From assembly GCA_033762115.1 (NCBI GenBank), contig JANRLX010000100.1, positions 1 through 34,710 on the forward strand: a stretch of 34,710 nucleotides of DNA. Direction: 5' to 3'. The notes beneath the pieces are model-generated. The model had not been told where the DNA came from, did not search any database, and was given only the letters and a program-made list of their open reading frames with translations. Of this stretch, positions 17,311 through 26,934 are shown in pieces; positions within the stretch are counted from its first letter, which is position 1; every line of letters starts with the position of its first letter. This DNA comes from Verrucomicrobiota bacterium. Its GTDB lineage: Bacteria > Verrucomicrobiota > Verrucomicrobiia > Limisphaerales > SXQI01. Position numbers and translations under genes: made by a program.

Positions 17311-18732
17311 ATGAGCCAGATCAAATTCGGCACGGATGGATGGCGCGCAGTCATCGCAGAGGATTTTACCTTCAGGAATGTGGAACGGGTGGCCCAGGCC
17401 ACCGCTGATTACTGGAACAACAATCCCGTCGCAGGCACCGAAAAAAAAGCGGTCGTCGGGTTTGATCGCCGGTTTCTCTCCCAGGAATTCGCCAAACGCA
17501 CCGCTGAGATCCTTGCGGCAAATGGTTTTATTGTCACACTCACCATGCGTCCAACGCCAACCCCGGCAGTCTCCTTCGCCGTAAAAGCCCAAAAGGCCAT
17601 TGGCGGAGTCATGATCACTGCAAGTCATAACCCACCCTCCTTTAACGGCTTTAAACTTAAGGCTCATTACGGAGGTTCCGCAGAACCGGCCATCTGCCAG
17701 GCCATTGAAGCGTTGATTGATAAAAATCCCCCGCGCCAGATCACTTTCGAACTCGCGGTAAAAGAGAAAAAAATTCTCCTGAAGGATATTCTTCCCCCTT
17801 ATTTCAAGGCGTTGAAAAAGCTGGTTGATTTTGACCTGATCGCAAAATCAAAAGCTCGTTTTGCTCATGAGGCGCTTTACGGCGTCGGCGCGGGTTGCTT
17901 CGATGCGTTGCTTGAAGGGACCAGTTGCAAAGTCACCACCTTGAACGGGGAGCATGATCCTAATTTCGGTGGCATCAATCCTGAGCCAATCTCAAAAAAT
18001 TACGAAAAATCCGCAGCCTATCTTCGTAAAAATCCACACGATATTTGCCTTGTCACTGACGGCGACGCGGATCGAGTCGGAGGGATGGATGGCCGTGGCA
18101 ACGCCCTCAGCACACACCAGATCATCTGCCTTTTGCTCGAACATTTTATTCGCAACCGCGGAGCCACCGGACGCGTCGTCAAAGCGCTCACCACAACCTC
18201 CATGGTGGATCGCATTTGCGAAGCGCACGGGTTGGATCTCGTGGAAACGGGGGTCGGCTTTAAATATATCTGCGCCGAAATGATCAAGGGAGGCGTCCTG
18301 CTCGGGTTCGAGGAAAGCGGCGGGATCGGTTATCCCGGCCATGTCCCCGAACGGGATGGCATTCTCTCAGGCCTCATGTTGCTGGAACTTCTGGCCACAG
18401 AGCGCAAACCGCTCGTCAAACTCCTCGCTGATCTTGCAAAACGCTACGGGCCTCACGAATACGCCCGCATTGATGCTCATTTCCCCCTGGAAAAACGCGC
18501 AGCGTTGATGGAATTTTGCAAAAATAATCCGCCCGCAAAACTGATCAAGTCCCCCTTGAAGGAAGTCAAATCCTATGATGGCGTCAAATACGTTTCCGAG
18601 GATGGGTCCTGGTTAATGCTTCGTGGCTCCGGCACTGAACCGATTCTTCGGATTTACGCAGAGGCAAAATCGATGAAGGATGCCCTGCAACTGCTTCGCG
18701 AAGGCGTTAAACTCACACGCAAAATCGCTTGA
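17311..18732 (+). CDS. Phosphoglucomutase/phosphomannomutase family protein
   Basis: FGTDGWR, TASHNP (phospho-Ser), DGDADR, EESGG and RGSGTEP motifs. Confidence 0.96.
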   Translation: MSQIKFGTDGWRAVIAEDFTFRNVERVAQATADYWNNNPVAGTEKKAVVGFDRRFLSQEFAKRTAEILAANGFIVTLTMRPTPTPAVSFAVKAQKAIGGVMITASHNPPSFNGFKLKAHYGGSAEPAICQAIEALIDKNPPRQITFELAVKEKKILLKDILPPYFKALKKLVDFDLIAKSKARFAHEALYGVGAGCFDALLEGTSCKVTTLNGEHDPNFGGINPEPISKNYEKSAAYLRKNPHDICLVTDGDADRVGGMDGRGNALSTHQIICLLLEHFIRNRGATGRVVKALTTTSMVDRICEAHGLDLVETGVGFKYICAEMIKGGVLLGFEESGGIGYPGHVPERDGILSGLMLLELLATERKPLVKLLADLAKRYGPHEYARIDAHFPLEKRAALMEFCKNNPPAKLIKSPLKEVKSYDGVKYVSEDGSWLMLRGSGTEPILRIYAEAKSMKDALQLLREGVKLTRKIA

Positions 18733-18771
18733 GCCAACCCTGCCCTGGGGCAGGCAACTGGCATTGCTTCC

Positions 18772-20010
18772 ATGAATCTCGTTGATTCTGCCGCGCACCG
18801 TACTCGCACACTATGGCTTGTCGGCATCCTGCATGCGTTCACCCACGTTTATCAGGTCGTCCTGCTTCCTGCCTACTTTCTAATTCAGAAAGATTTCGCC
18901 CTCGAAAGTGTCGATCAGGCCACCCTGCTTGTAACCGTGATGATGCTTGCCTATTTCGGGCCAAGTTACTTCCTGGGGGTGCTTGCGGACCGTTACAGCC
19001 GGAAGCAACTCCTCGCCTGGGGGCTCGCCCTCAACGCTGCCGGGTTTATCGCACTGTCACTGGCAAACAGCTACCCTCTGGCCATTCTTTGTGTGGCCAT
19101 CTCCGGTATTGGCGGCTGCTTTTATCATCCTGCGGCCACTGCACTCATTGCCCAATTGTATCCGAAAGGGACCGGCAAGGCTTTGGGGCTCGTCGGGATC
19201 GGCGCTGGCCTTGGTTTTTTTATCGGGCCGCTCTATGCAGGCTGGCGGGCGGCGATCAGCGGCTGGCGGGCGCCCGTTCTGGAACTTGGAATTGCCGGCC
19301 TTCTCATGGCCATTATTTTTGCATGGCTCGCGGAAGAGCATCAACGGCCCGAAACCGGCAATCATCAACCTTCCATGGTAAAGGTGCCCATGTTCCCGAC
19401 CGGCACCTTATGGCTGCTCTTTATCAGTGCAAGTTTTGCATTCAGCCTTCGCGATTTTACCGGCAGCAGCATGGGAAGTCTTGGTTCGCTCTACCTTCAG
19501 CAGGCGCACTCACTCGATCTGCGGACAACCGGCGCAACCATCAGCGCCATCTTCCTCGCCGCCGCATTGAGCAATCCTATTTTCGGAAAGCTGAGCGATC
19601 ATGGTCGCTACACATGGACAATGATCGTGCTGATCATCGCATCGATCCTGGTCATCTCTTTCCCATATCTCCCTGTGTCATGGGCAGGAGTCGGACTGTT
19701 CTGTTACGGCTTCTTCTTCATGGCAAGTTACCCCACCGTGGAAGCTGCCCTTATGGAATCCGTCCCCAACGAAGTGCGAGGACGTGTATTTGGATTCTTT
19801 ATCACCATCGGCGGGTTTGTCGGAAACCTCGCCCATTGGTTGATGGGAGAATGGGTCCACCGCCTTGGGCCGAACGCCACAAATCCGGCCGCCTACCGAC
19901 CCATTTACTGGCTGCTGGGAGGGCTGGTCATCGCCTCCACACTGGGGCTGCTCTTCCTCAGCAAACTAAAGAAGCGGGAGATGGAAATTCTCCCGCCCCT
20001 CTCACATTAA
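18772..20010 (+). CDS. MFS transporter (Fsr-like)
   Basis: About 12 TM helices; motif A GVLADRYSRK; YHPAA; GKLSDH. Confidence 0.92.
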   Translation: MNLVDSAAHRTRTLWLVGILHAFTHVYQVVLLPAYFLIQKDFALESVDQATLLVTVMMLAYFGPSYFLGVLADRYSRKQLLAWGLALNAAGFIALSLANSYPLAILCVAISGIGGCFYHPAATALIAQLYPKGTGKALGLVGIGAGLGFFIGPLYAGWRAAISGWRAPVLELGIAGLLMAIIFAWLAEEHQRPETGNHQPSMVKVPMFPTGTLWLLFISASFAFSLRDFTGSSMGSLGSLYLQQAHSLDLRTTGATISAIFLAAALSNPIFGKLSDHGRYTWTMIVLIIASILVISFPYLPVSWAGVGLFCYGFFFMASYPTVEAALMESVPNEVRGRVFGFFITIGGFVGNLAHWLMGEWVHRLGPNATNPAAYRPIYWLLGGLVIASTLGLLFLSKLKKREMEILPPLSH

Positions 20011-20014
20011 AAAA

Positions 20015-20353
20015 TTAACGGCGGAACGGCATCCAGGAGGATTCCGGTTCATGGCTCGCGCACGGGGCATTGGTGGGCGCATCCGCTGGGCGGGCGTTCG
20101 GCGTTACCAATTGGTTTGCCAGGAGGTAAGCTTCCACTTCCTCACCACTGATATCAGGCAGCATCTTTCCGTTGATCTCAACGCACGGGCTGAGCATCTG
20201 TCCACTCTTCTCGATCATTTCCTGCCGTTGCGCCGGGTCATTAATGATATCCCGGTCTTCATAAGGCAGATCATACTTCCGCATAATCGCGCGGACACCC
20301 TGGCTCCATCCGCAGCTCGGTTTGAGGTAGGCAACAATTTTTGGTTTATTCAT
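20015..20353 (-). CDS. Glutaredoxin-family protein (CGWS active site)
   Basis: YLKPSCGWS, SGQMLSPCVEING cis-Pro region. Start moved to ATG 20353. Confidence 0.88.
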   Translation of the reverse strand: MNKPKIVAYLKPSCGWSQGVRAIMRKYDLPYEDRDIINDPAQRQEMIEKSGQMLSPCVEINGKMLPDISGEEVEAYLLANQLVTPNARPADAPTNAPCASHEPESSWMPFRR

Positions 20354-20479
20354 AAATATGGACGAAAGTTGCCACACTCATGGCCGGACGCAATCTTTTC
20401 ATGGGCCATCTCCGCCATCCTGGATACTTGAATGAATTTTTTCCATGAAACATCTGTCCAAAGTCCCTGATCGATTTTA

Positions 20480-20499
20480 CTTGTTCCAGATTGAACAAG
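20480..20499. promoter_or_regulatory. Palindromic candidate operator between divergent genes
   Basis: CTTGTTC-N6-GAACAAG perfect inverted repeat. Confidence 0.5.
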
Positions 20500-20521
20500 A
20501 AGAACTGCTTAACGAAATCAC

Positions 20522-22807
20522 ATGCTAAAATTGCTCTCTTTAACTAAGTTTCCGGGCAAATTGCTCAGGACCACCGCCTTTGCTTTGGGATTTGTTGCCT
20601 CTATTTCCGCAGCCGGTGAAATTTCCCCGCTGCTTCAAACAGATTTTCCCTACACCAAAGCCTGCATCGGGGCCCCCTGGCCGGATAAAAATATCGCCTA
20701 CAAAGGGATTGCCATCCGGCTCGGCCATGATCGTTATGTGACGTTCGACACTGACCTCCTTCGCTACTCCGCCGGTTGGCAGGGCGGCTACATTACCGCC
20801 CACGGCGTCGCCTTTGACGGGTCACACGGTGGTTTCCCCACCGTTGCAGGGGACCTCCAATGGGCCACCAAAGTCACTCCTGGCTGGAGCAATGCAGATG
20901 GCGCTTTCAAAGATCCCCGTAATGAACCTTTTGGCCCTTTGCCTCGCGATTGGGCGGCATGGCACGGTCTCTACGTTTCCGGAGATCATGTCATTCTGAG
21001 CTATTCCGTTCTCGGCACGAAGATCATTGAAACCCCTTCAGCAATGGAACGTGATGGCAGCGTTGCTTTCATCCGCAGCTTCGATATCGGCGACATCAAA
21101 AAAGAACTCACCCTGGCCGTGTGCGACGGCACTGCTGAAGTTTCCATTACGGACGGGATTGCGAAAATTCCCGGACCCAAAGGCACTCTCTTTGTTGCCC
21201 TCTCAGGTGCTCCCAAAGAAGCCCGCCTCCTCTCCGGAGAAAATAACCGCCTGCTGCTCAAACTTCCCAAAGGTTCAGGCAAATCCACCTTCAATCTGGT
21301 GCTGCTGCCTGCGGACAATGCTGAAAAACTGGGCGCCTTCACCTCCGTGAAACCGCAAATGCCCGAATTTAAAAAAGGTGGCCCTGCCCGCTGGCCTGAC
21401 CCGGTCGTCACTCAAGGGGTCCTTGGCAATTCTGACGGTCCGTTCGCCATTGATCAACTCACTCCACCCACCGAAAACCCCTGGAAACGCCGCGTCCGCT
21501 TTGGCGGGCTGGATTTCTTCAAGGATGGTAAACGGGCCGCCCTCTCAACCTGGGATGGAGATGTCTGGATCGTTTCCGGCATTGATGATTCCCTGGAAAA
21601 ACTTACCTGGCGGCGATTCGCCTCCGGTGGCTATGAAACGCTCGGCCTCAAAATTGTCGATGACGTGATCTACACTTCCGGTCGCGATGAAATCACCCGT
21701 TACCACGATTTAAACAACGACGGCGAAGCCGATTTCTACGAAAATTTTAATAATGAAGTCACCTCCTCAACCGGTTTTCATGAATTTGTTTTTGATCTGC
21801 ATACCGACCCACAGGGGAACTTCCTTTTTGCCAAGGCTGGCCCAGTGCGTAGTGGTGGCAGCGGGTTCGGTGGCGGTGGCGGCAACGGCGACATCTCGGC
21901 CCACGCGGGAACAGTCCTGCGGGTTTCCAGGGATGGAAAAAAATTGGATGTCTATGCGACCGGCTTTCGTGCCCCCAATGGAATTGGCGTCAGCCCAAAG
22001 GGCCAGGTCACCACGGGAGATAATGAAGGGACCTGGGTTCCCGCCTGTCCTTTGAATTGGGTAAATGAAGGCGGTTTTTACGGCGTCGAAGATCTGGCGC
22101 ACCGGACACCGCTGCCAAATTACAGCAAGCCACTTTGCTGGATGTCTCATAATGAATTTGATAATTCCGGTGGTGCGCAGGTTTGGATCACCGGTGGAAA
22201 ATGGCCTCTTCAGGGAGAACTGATCCATCTCTCCTACGGCCAATGCGCGGCCTACCTCGTCCTGAAAGACAAGGTTGGCGAACAAATGCAAGGTGGCGTG
22301 GTGCGAATTCCAGTCAACTTCTCCTCCTCTGCCATGCGTGGCCGCTTTAATCCAAAAGATGGCCAGCTTTACGTCGCAGGCCTTCAGGGCTGGCAAACAA
22401 AAGCCCCTCGCATCACCGGTCTGGACCGTGTCCGCTACACCGGCAAACCGCTCAATTCAGTAGTTAAAATGAAGGTGAACAAAAAAGGAATCCACCTGAC
22501 CTTCAGTGATGAGTTGGACAAAACCGAAGCCGAGGATGTCCAGAACTACTCAGGCAAACAATGGAACTACCGCCGAACCAGGGAGTATGGCTCTGCTGAA
22601 TATTCGGTCAAGGACCCTCAAAAACGGGGACGTGACAATGTGGATATCACCAAAGCAACCCTCTCCCCCGATGGCAAAACCGTTCTTCTGGAAATCGCCG
22701 ACTTCAAACCGGTCATGCAGATGCAGATCAATTATGCGCTGAAAACTAAAGCCGGTTCGGAAATCGACCAAAAAATTCTCCAAACCATCCACGAAATTCC
22801 GGAATAA
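20522..22807 (+). CDS. Secreted PVC-type protein: DUF6797-like N-domain plus sugar-dehydrogenase-like beta-propeller
   Basis: Signal peptide; FDTDLLRYSAGW, DLNNDGEAD, ATGFRAPNG, DNEGTWVP and RGRFNPKDGQLYVAG motifs; no CxxCH. Confidence 0.75.
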   Translation: MLKLLSLTKFPGKLLRTTAFALGFVASISAAGEISPLLQTDFPYTKACIGAPWPDKNIAYKGIAIRLGHDRYVTFDTDLLRYSAGWQGGYITAHGVAFDGSHGGFPTVAGDLQWATKVTPGWSNADGAFKDPRNEPFGPLPRDWAAWHGLYVSGDHVILSYSVLGTKIIETPSAMERDGSVAFIRSFDIGDIKKELTLAVCDGTAEVSITDGIAKIPGPKGTLFVALSGAPKEARLLSGENNRLLLKLPKGSGKSTFNLVLLPADNAEKLGAFTSVKPQMPEFKKGGPARWPDPVVTQGVLGNSDGPFAIDQLTPPTENPWKRRVRFGGLDFFKDGKRAALSTWDGDVWIVSGIDDSLEKLTWRRFASGGYETLGLKIVDDVIYTSGRDEITRYHDLNNDGEADFYENFNNEVTSSTGFHEFVFDLHTDPQGNFLFAKAGPVRSGGSGFGGGGGNGDISAHAGTVLRVSRDGKKLDVYATGFRAPNGIGVSPKGQVTTGDNEGTWVPACPLNWVNEGGFYGVEDLAHRTPLPNYSKPLCWMSHNEFDNSGGAQVWITGGKWPLQGELIHLSYGQCAAYLVLKDKVGEQMQGGVVRIPVNFSSSAMRGRFNPKDGQLYVAGLQGWQTKAPRITGLDRVRYTGKPLNSVVKMKVNKKGIHLTFSDELDKTEAEDVQNYSGKQWNYRRTREYGSAEYSVKDPQKRGRDNVDITKATLSPDGKTVLLEIADFKPVMQMQINYALKTKAGSEIDQKILQTIHEIPE

Positions 22808-22811
22808 CCGG

Positions 22812-22990
22812 ATGCGAGGCGCGACGAAGGAGCAACGAAGTTGAAAACCCAGCCCATCCAGTTAAAACCTCCACTGGCGACAACCCTCGCATCTGCCTGA
22901 AACTCTCCGCAAGCCACTCTCATCTCACATGGGCTGTGGCAGTCGGCTAAAGTCCCGGCAAGACGCTGCTGGACATTAATGAAATGGCTT
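22812..22990 (+). repeat. Rearranged copy of the intergenic repeat at 33139-33286
   Basis: 22812-22848 matches 33180-33246 with an internal deletion; 22955-22990 matches 33248-33284; about 105 extra nt lie between the two blocks. Confidence 0.75.
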
Positions 22991-23028
22991 AAGGAATCGC
23001 TTGTTCTTTTCGGCCACACAATGGAGTC

Positions 23029-23463
23029 TTGATTGTCATGGGGGATAAAAATGGCAAAGTTGCCGGCCTGTTGTTACTCGCGAGGAATACCCGGTTTGAT
23101 CCTCATTACGACGCGTTCTTTGCCTGCTTTAACCAGCAACTCTTTTTCGAAGCCCACGAAGTCCTCGAAGCGCTTTGGTTGAAAGAACGGAAACAACCCG
23201 ACGATTTTTTTTACAAGGGGCTCATCCAACTTGCAGGGGCATTCGTTCATTTGCAAAAAAATCGACTTAAACCAGCCTGCGCCCTTTTCCAGCTTGCCCA
23301 AAAAAATCTCGAATTATTTGTTCCAGAACACCATCAACTCGATCTGGTCGCCACACTCGCTCTGATTCATGCCTGGAAATCAGCAGTCGAGCAAAACCAG
23401 TTCCTTCTCAACCCCCTCGCCAGCAACCCGCCGCCATTCCTGCATCCCGCAGGCTGGCGGTAG
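23029..23463 (+). CDS. DUF309 family protein
   Basis: FN...FFEAHEVLEALW...GLIQLAGAFVH motif; exact start uncertain. Confidence 0.9.
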   Translation: MIVMGDKNGKVAGLLLLARNTRFDPHYDAFFACFNQQLFFEAHEVLEALWLKERKQPDDFFYKGLIQLAGAFVHLQKNRLKPACALFQLAQKNLELFVPEHHQLDLVATLALIHAWKSAVEQNQFLLNPLASNPPPFLHPAGWR

Positions 23464-23468
23464 CTGTC

Positions 23469-23819
23469 TCATTTGCTTTTCGTTCCGGTCGTTCCCGTCC
23501 GCACCATTCCCCCGGAGTGATTGACTCGCTTGTTCAATGACCCTGTGAATTCGCTTCGACCTCTCGCCTGTTCACGACTTGAATCACGATTCTCGCCCTG
23601 TCCCCTGACTCGCTTTTCCCCTTCAATCGTCAACCGGTCCCGGCTTTCTGAACGTTTGGGTGCCTTGGCAGTACGTTTCACATCCCGTATTTTGTTCCCG
23701 GAATTATCGATCTCGCTCATCTCATGCCCGCTGCGCAGATCGTTGTCTTCTGCATTGCGATGCCCGCGACTTCCCGGTCGATTATAAACTCCCTTCACCC
23801 CTGCAACTCGTTCCTTCAT
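23469..23819 (-). CDS. Highly hydrophilic, basic, probably disordered protein
   Basis: 116 aa rich in R/G/S/E/K; strong RBS AAGGAGA before the ATG. Confidence 0.75.
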   Translation of the reverse strand: MKERVAGVKGVYNRPGSRGHRNAEDNDLRSGHEMSEIDNSGNKIRDVKRTAKAPKRSESRDRLTIEGEKRVRGQGENRDSSREQARGRSEFTGSLNKRVNHSGGMVRTGTTGTKSK

Positions 23820-23886
23820 GAAATCTCCTTTTCTTAAGGAAAACTAGCACTCGGCAGGGCCTTGCGCAAACCAGCCTCTCCAATTC

Positions 23887-23914
23887 TCGACATTCCTTCA
23901 CCAAAAATTAGAAT
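23887..23914 (+). promoter_or_regulatory. Putative sigma70 promoter
   Basis: TCGACA-N16-TAGAAT upstream of ATG 23931. Confidence 0.5.
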
Positions 23915-23930
23915 CCTTCCAGTTGTCTGA

Positions 23931-24317
23931 ATGAATCTGATCAGCTACCTCCGAAATCTGAATACCGGAAGGCTTGTCCTTTGGTGTTACCTGATCTGGT
24001 ATCTGGTCGTCCTCGTCCGCTATTTTGATCCCAATCTCAGCATCTGGATGACCTCGCTTGGTTTAAGCGCCATCATCGGTGCGGCCCTTTATATCAGCAC
24101 CACCACCGGCGGAAAAGTGAAGCTCGGTAAATGGCCCACATTTCGCCTGTTCCTGATGCCATTCTGCGTCTCCAGTTTTGCGGCCCTGGTAAAGGGAAAA
24201 AATTTTGTGCTGATCTTTTCTCCAAATATTTATGAAACCGGAGTTGCCATTCTCCTCTGCTCTCTTCTTTGCGGACTGGTTTTCCTCCTGAAAAAAAGCC
24301 CTTCAGTGCGGCACTAA
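23931..24317 (+). CDS. Uncharacterised small membrane protein (about 4 TM)
   Basis: Hydrophobic segments with LWCYLIWY and FRLFLMPFCVSSF; own promoter-like motif. Confidence 0.8.
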   Translation: MNLISYLRNLNTGRLVLWCYLIWYLVVLVRYFDPNLSIWMTSLGLSAIIGAALYISTTTGGKVKLGKWPTFRLFLMPFCVSSFAALVKGKNFVLIFSPNIYETGVAILLCSLLCGLVFLLKKSPSVRH

Positions 24318-25091
24318 CTCCGCCCCTTCCCCGATTTTGACGCTCATTCCCATCGCTTTGAAAATGGTGTCCCGCCGCTCAAGGTACCCCGCCGAATCAA
24401 GGTCTCGCGGGCGAGGCAGGTCCACCGGCACGATCTTTTGCACCGTCGCCGGACGGCGGCTCATCACCAGCACCCGGTCTGAAAGCTGCACCGCCTCTTC
24501 AATGTCATGTGTCACGAACAGAATGGTCTTTTTTTCACGCTGCCAGATCTGCACCAGGTCCGCCCGCATCTTCAACCGTGTGATGAAATCCAGCGCGCCA
24601 AACGGCTCATCCATATAGATAATGTGCGGGTCAGCTGCCAGTGCCCGGGCAATCTCCACTCGTTGCCTCATCCCTCCCGAAAGCTCGCGTGGATACGATT
24701 TCTCAAACCCCGTCAATCCCACCATCTCGATGTAATGCCGGACAATTTCTGCCCGTGCTGAAGGCTCTTTTGAGTCCAGCCCAAATCGAACATTCTCCTC
24801 CACTGTCAGCCAGGGAAAAACACCGTTTTCCTGAAAAACAAAAATCCGGTGCGGGTCCGGCCCATTCACCGGTTCCCCCTCCACGAGCACCTCCCCCTTT
24901 GTTGGCGTCAGGAATCCCGCGATGATATTGAGCAATGTTGATTTTCCACACCCTGACGGCCCCACAATGCAAACAAACTCCCCCTCTTTCACCTCGAAGC
25001 TGGCCTTCTCAAGCACATGGATCGATTCCCCTTTCCCTTCGAAAGTCATCCATACGTCGTTAACTTTTACGATTGCTTCACCGGTTCGCAT
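24303..25091 (-). CDS. NitT/TauT-family ABC transporter ATP-binding protein
   Basis: GPSGCGKST, LSGGMRQR, MDEPFGALD, VTHDIEEA and LPRPRD motifs. Confidence 0.95.
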   Translation of the reverse strand: MRTGEAIVKVNDVWMTFEGKGESIHVLEKASFEVKEGEFVCIVGPSGCGKSTLLNIIAGFLTPTKGEVLVEGEPVNGPDPHRIFVFQENGVFPWLTVEENVRFGLDSKEPSARAEIVRHYIEMVGLTGFEKSYPRELSGGMRQRVEIARALAADPHIIYMDEPFGALDFITRLKMRADLVQIWQREKKTILFVTHDIEEAVQLSDRVLVMSRRPATVQKIVPVDLPRPRDLDSAGYLERRDTIFKAMGMSVKIGEGAELVPH

Positions 25092-25851
25092 AACCCCATC
25101 GCACTTCATCAAATTTTTCAAGCAGGCGGACCAGGATATCCAGCACCAGCCCGATCAGCCCGATCATGACCATTCCAGCCACCACAAGATCGTAGCGCTT
25201 CCCCGCATTGCGTGAATCAATGATCAGGTAACCCAACCCCGAATTCACAGCGATCATTTCAGCCGCCACCACAACCAGCCATGCCACTCCCAGCGCAATT
25301 CGAATACCAGTGACAATTTGCGGCAACGTCGCTGGAAAAATGACCCGGCGAAACAGTTGCGTGCGCGTTAATCCAAAATTTCGTGCCGCCCGGATGTAAA
25401 CAGGCTGCATGTTCTGCACCGCAGCCATGGCGGAAACAGTCACCGGGAATACACTGGCGAGAAAAATCAGGAAAACCGGCGCGGTGTCATCCACTCCAAA
25501 CCAGAGGATCGCCACCGGAATCCAGGCGATCGGCGAAATTGGGCGCATCATCTGGATCATTGGGTTGAACGCCTGGAATGCTCTTCCATACCACCCAAGC
25601 AGCAGTCCCAGCGGCACCCCAATCAGGATTGCCAACCCGAATCCCCAGGTCACCCGGAACAGCGATGCGACCACATACCGGAACAACCTCCCTTCCTGCG
25701 CCAGCCCTATCAATCCTTTCAACACCTGGACCGGCGTCGGAAAAATATCACTCCCGGAAATGTTCACACCGACATGCCAGGCAATTAAGAAAAGCAGCAC
25801 CACACCCGCAGGCAGCAGCAATCCGATCATGTCAGTCTTCGCCCGGTTCAT
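25078..25851 (-). CDS. NitT/TauT-family ABC transporter permease
   Basis: SLFRV, RPISPIAWIP, AARNFG (EAA loop) and VAAEMIAVNSGLG motifs. Confidence 0.95.
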   Translation of the reverse strand: MNRAKTDMIGLLLPAGVVLLFLIAWHVGVNISGSDIFPTPVQVLKGLIGLAQEGRLFRYVVASLFRVTWGFGLAILIGVPLGLLLGWYGRAFQAFNPMIQMMRPISPIAWIPVAILWFGVDDTAPVFLIFLASVFPVTVSAMAAVQNMQPVYIRAARNFGLTRTQLFRRVIFPATLPQIVTGIRIALGVAWLVVVAAEMIAVNSGLGYLIIDSRNAGKRYDLVVAGMVMIGLIGLVLDILVRLLEKFDEVRWGYANR

Positions 25852-26891
25852 TACTTTGAAATTTTTGAAGCTCCATAATCATGCGGCTGGATGCTTGATT
25901 CCTCCTGCACGAAGGAATCATCCACATAATCCGCAAATCCGCTGGTCCCGGTCAGAATTCCCGAATCCTTTCCAAGCCTTTCGATCTCCTCGAACTCCTT
26001 TTGTAACGGTTTCAGGTTGGTGTACTTCACCCGGTCCGGCGGTTTGCTCAGCACAAACCTCATCAGTTCCGGACTTTGATTGTAATAAAGTTCTCCAACA
26101 AAGGTCGCCGCTTCCATTCGGTTCGAGGAATTTGAGTCCAGCCATTTTCCGCTCCGGGCAATTCCATCCACAAGCATCTGCACCTGCGCGCGGTTGGTCT
26201 TGATGCTGTTCTCATTCACCGCCAGGACGCAGGAAATGAAGTTCGGCCAGACATCCTTCGTCAGGTAGAGGACCCTTCCATAACCATCCATCTCAGTCTG
26301 CCCCATGTACGGCTCCCCAGCCGTGATCGCATCCACAGATTTGGAATAAAGCGCCGCAGGCATATCGGGTGGAGGCATTTCGAGCAACTCAACCTCGTTG
26401 AATGGAATTCCCCGGTCCTTGAGCGCTTTGAAAATGAGCAGTCGCTGGTTGGAAAAGCGATTTGGAATGGCGATTCGTTTTCCACGCAGATCTTCAATTC
26501 GTCGTATCGAGGAGTCCTTGTGCACCATCATTGCAGTCCCATCACGATGCCCCAGGTAAACAATCTTGATCGGCACTCCCTGCTCCCGCAACGCAATCGC
26601 CAGTGGGGCAAGAATGAACGTCGCCGGCATGTCACCGGCCAGGAATGTTTCCTTCAACTCTGGAAACCCGCTGAACCGCATCGGCTCGAAGAAATTTTCC
26701 CCTTTGGTGCTCTTGTTGATGAAATCTGTCACCGGACAGGTTAAGTGACAGGTCACGGGAATAAAGCCCACCTTGAACTTCTCCAGGCTGCTGCGCGGTT
26801 CAAACCAGCGCAGGTTCAGCCAGCCATGAAGCAGTGTGATCACTGTGATCCAGGCAATGGCTCCCAGGCCAATGGAACGCGTTAAGGACAT
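25851..26891 (-). CDS. NitT/TauT-family (NMT1/NrtA-like) ABC substrate-binding protein
   Basis: N-terminal TM anchor; VGFIPVTCHLTCP, DLRGKRIAIP, MPPPDMPAAL and GEPY motifs. Confidence 0.92.
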   Translation of the reverse strand: MSLTRSIGLGAIAWITVITLLHGWLNLRWFEPRSSLEKFKVGFIPVTCHLTCPVTDFINKSTKGENFFEPMRFSGFPELKETFLAGDMPATFILAPLAIALREQGVPIKIVYLGHRDGTAMMVHKDSSIRRIEDLRGKRIAIPNRFSNQRLLIFKALKDRGIPFNEVELLEMPPPDMPAALYSKSVDAITAGEPYMGQTEMDGYGRVLYLTKDVWPNFISCVLAVNENSIKTNRAQVQMLVDGIARSGKWLDSNSSNRMEAATFVGELYYNQSPELMRFVLSKPPDRVKYTNLKPLQKEFEEIERLGKDSGILTGTSGFADYVDDSFVQEESSIQPHDYGASKISK

Positions 26892-26934
26892 GCCGCGAAT
26901 ACCTACACTTGCCAAATTCGGATGTCCAATAAAA

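Noticed and set aside
18813..20018. 401-aa alternative-frame ORF overlapping the MFS gene
   Set aside because: It has the R/P/S/H/C-rich composition typical of a stop-poor shadow frame in GC-rich DNA and no motifs; the MFS frame explains the region.
25409..26203. 264-aa plus-strand ORF (and similar antisense ORFs throughout the track)
   Set aside because: It is an antisense shadow of well-supported ABC transporter genes.
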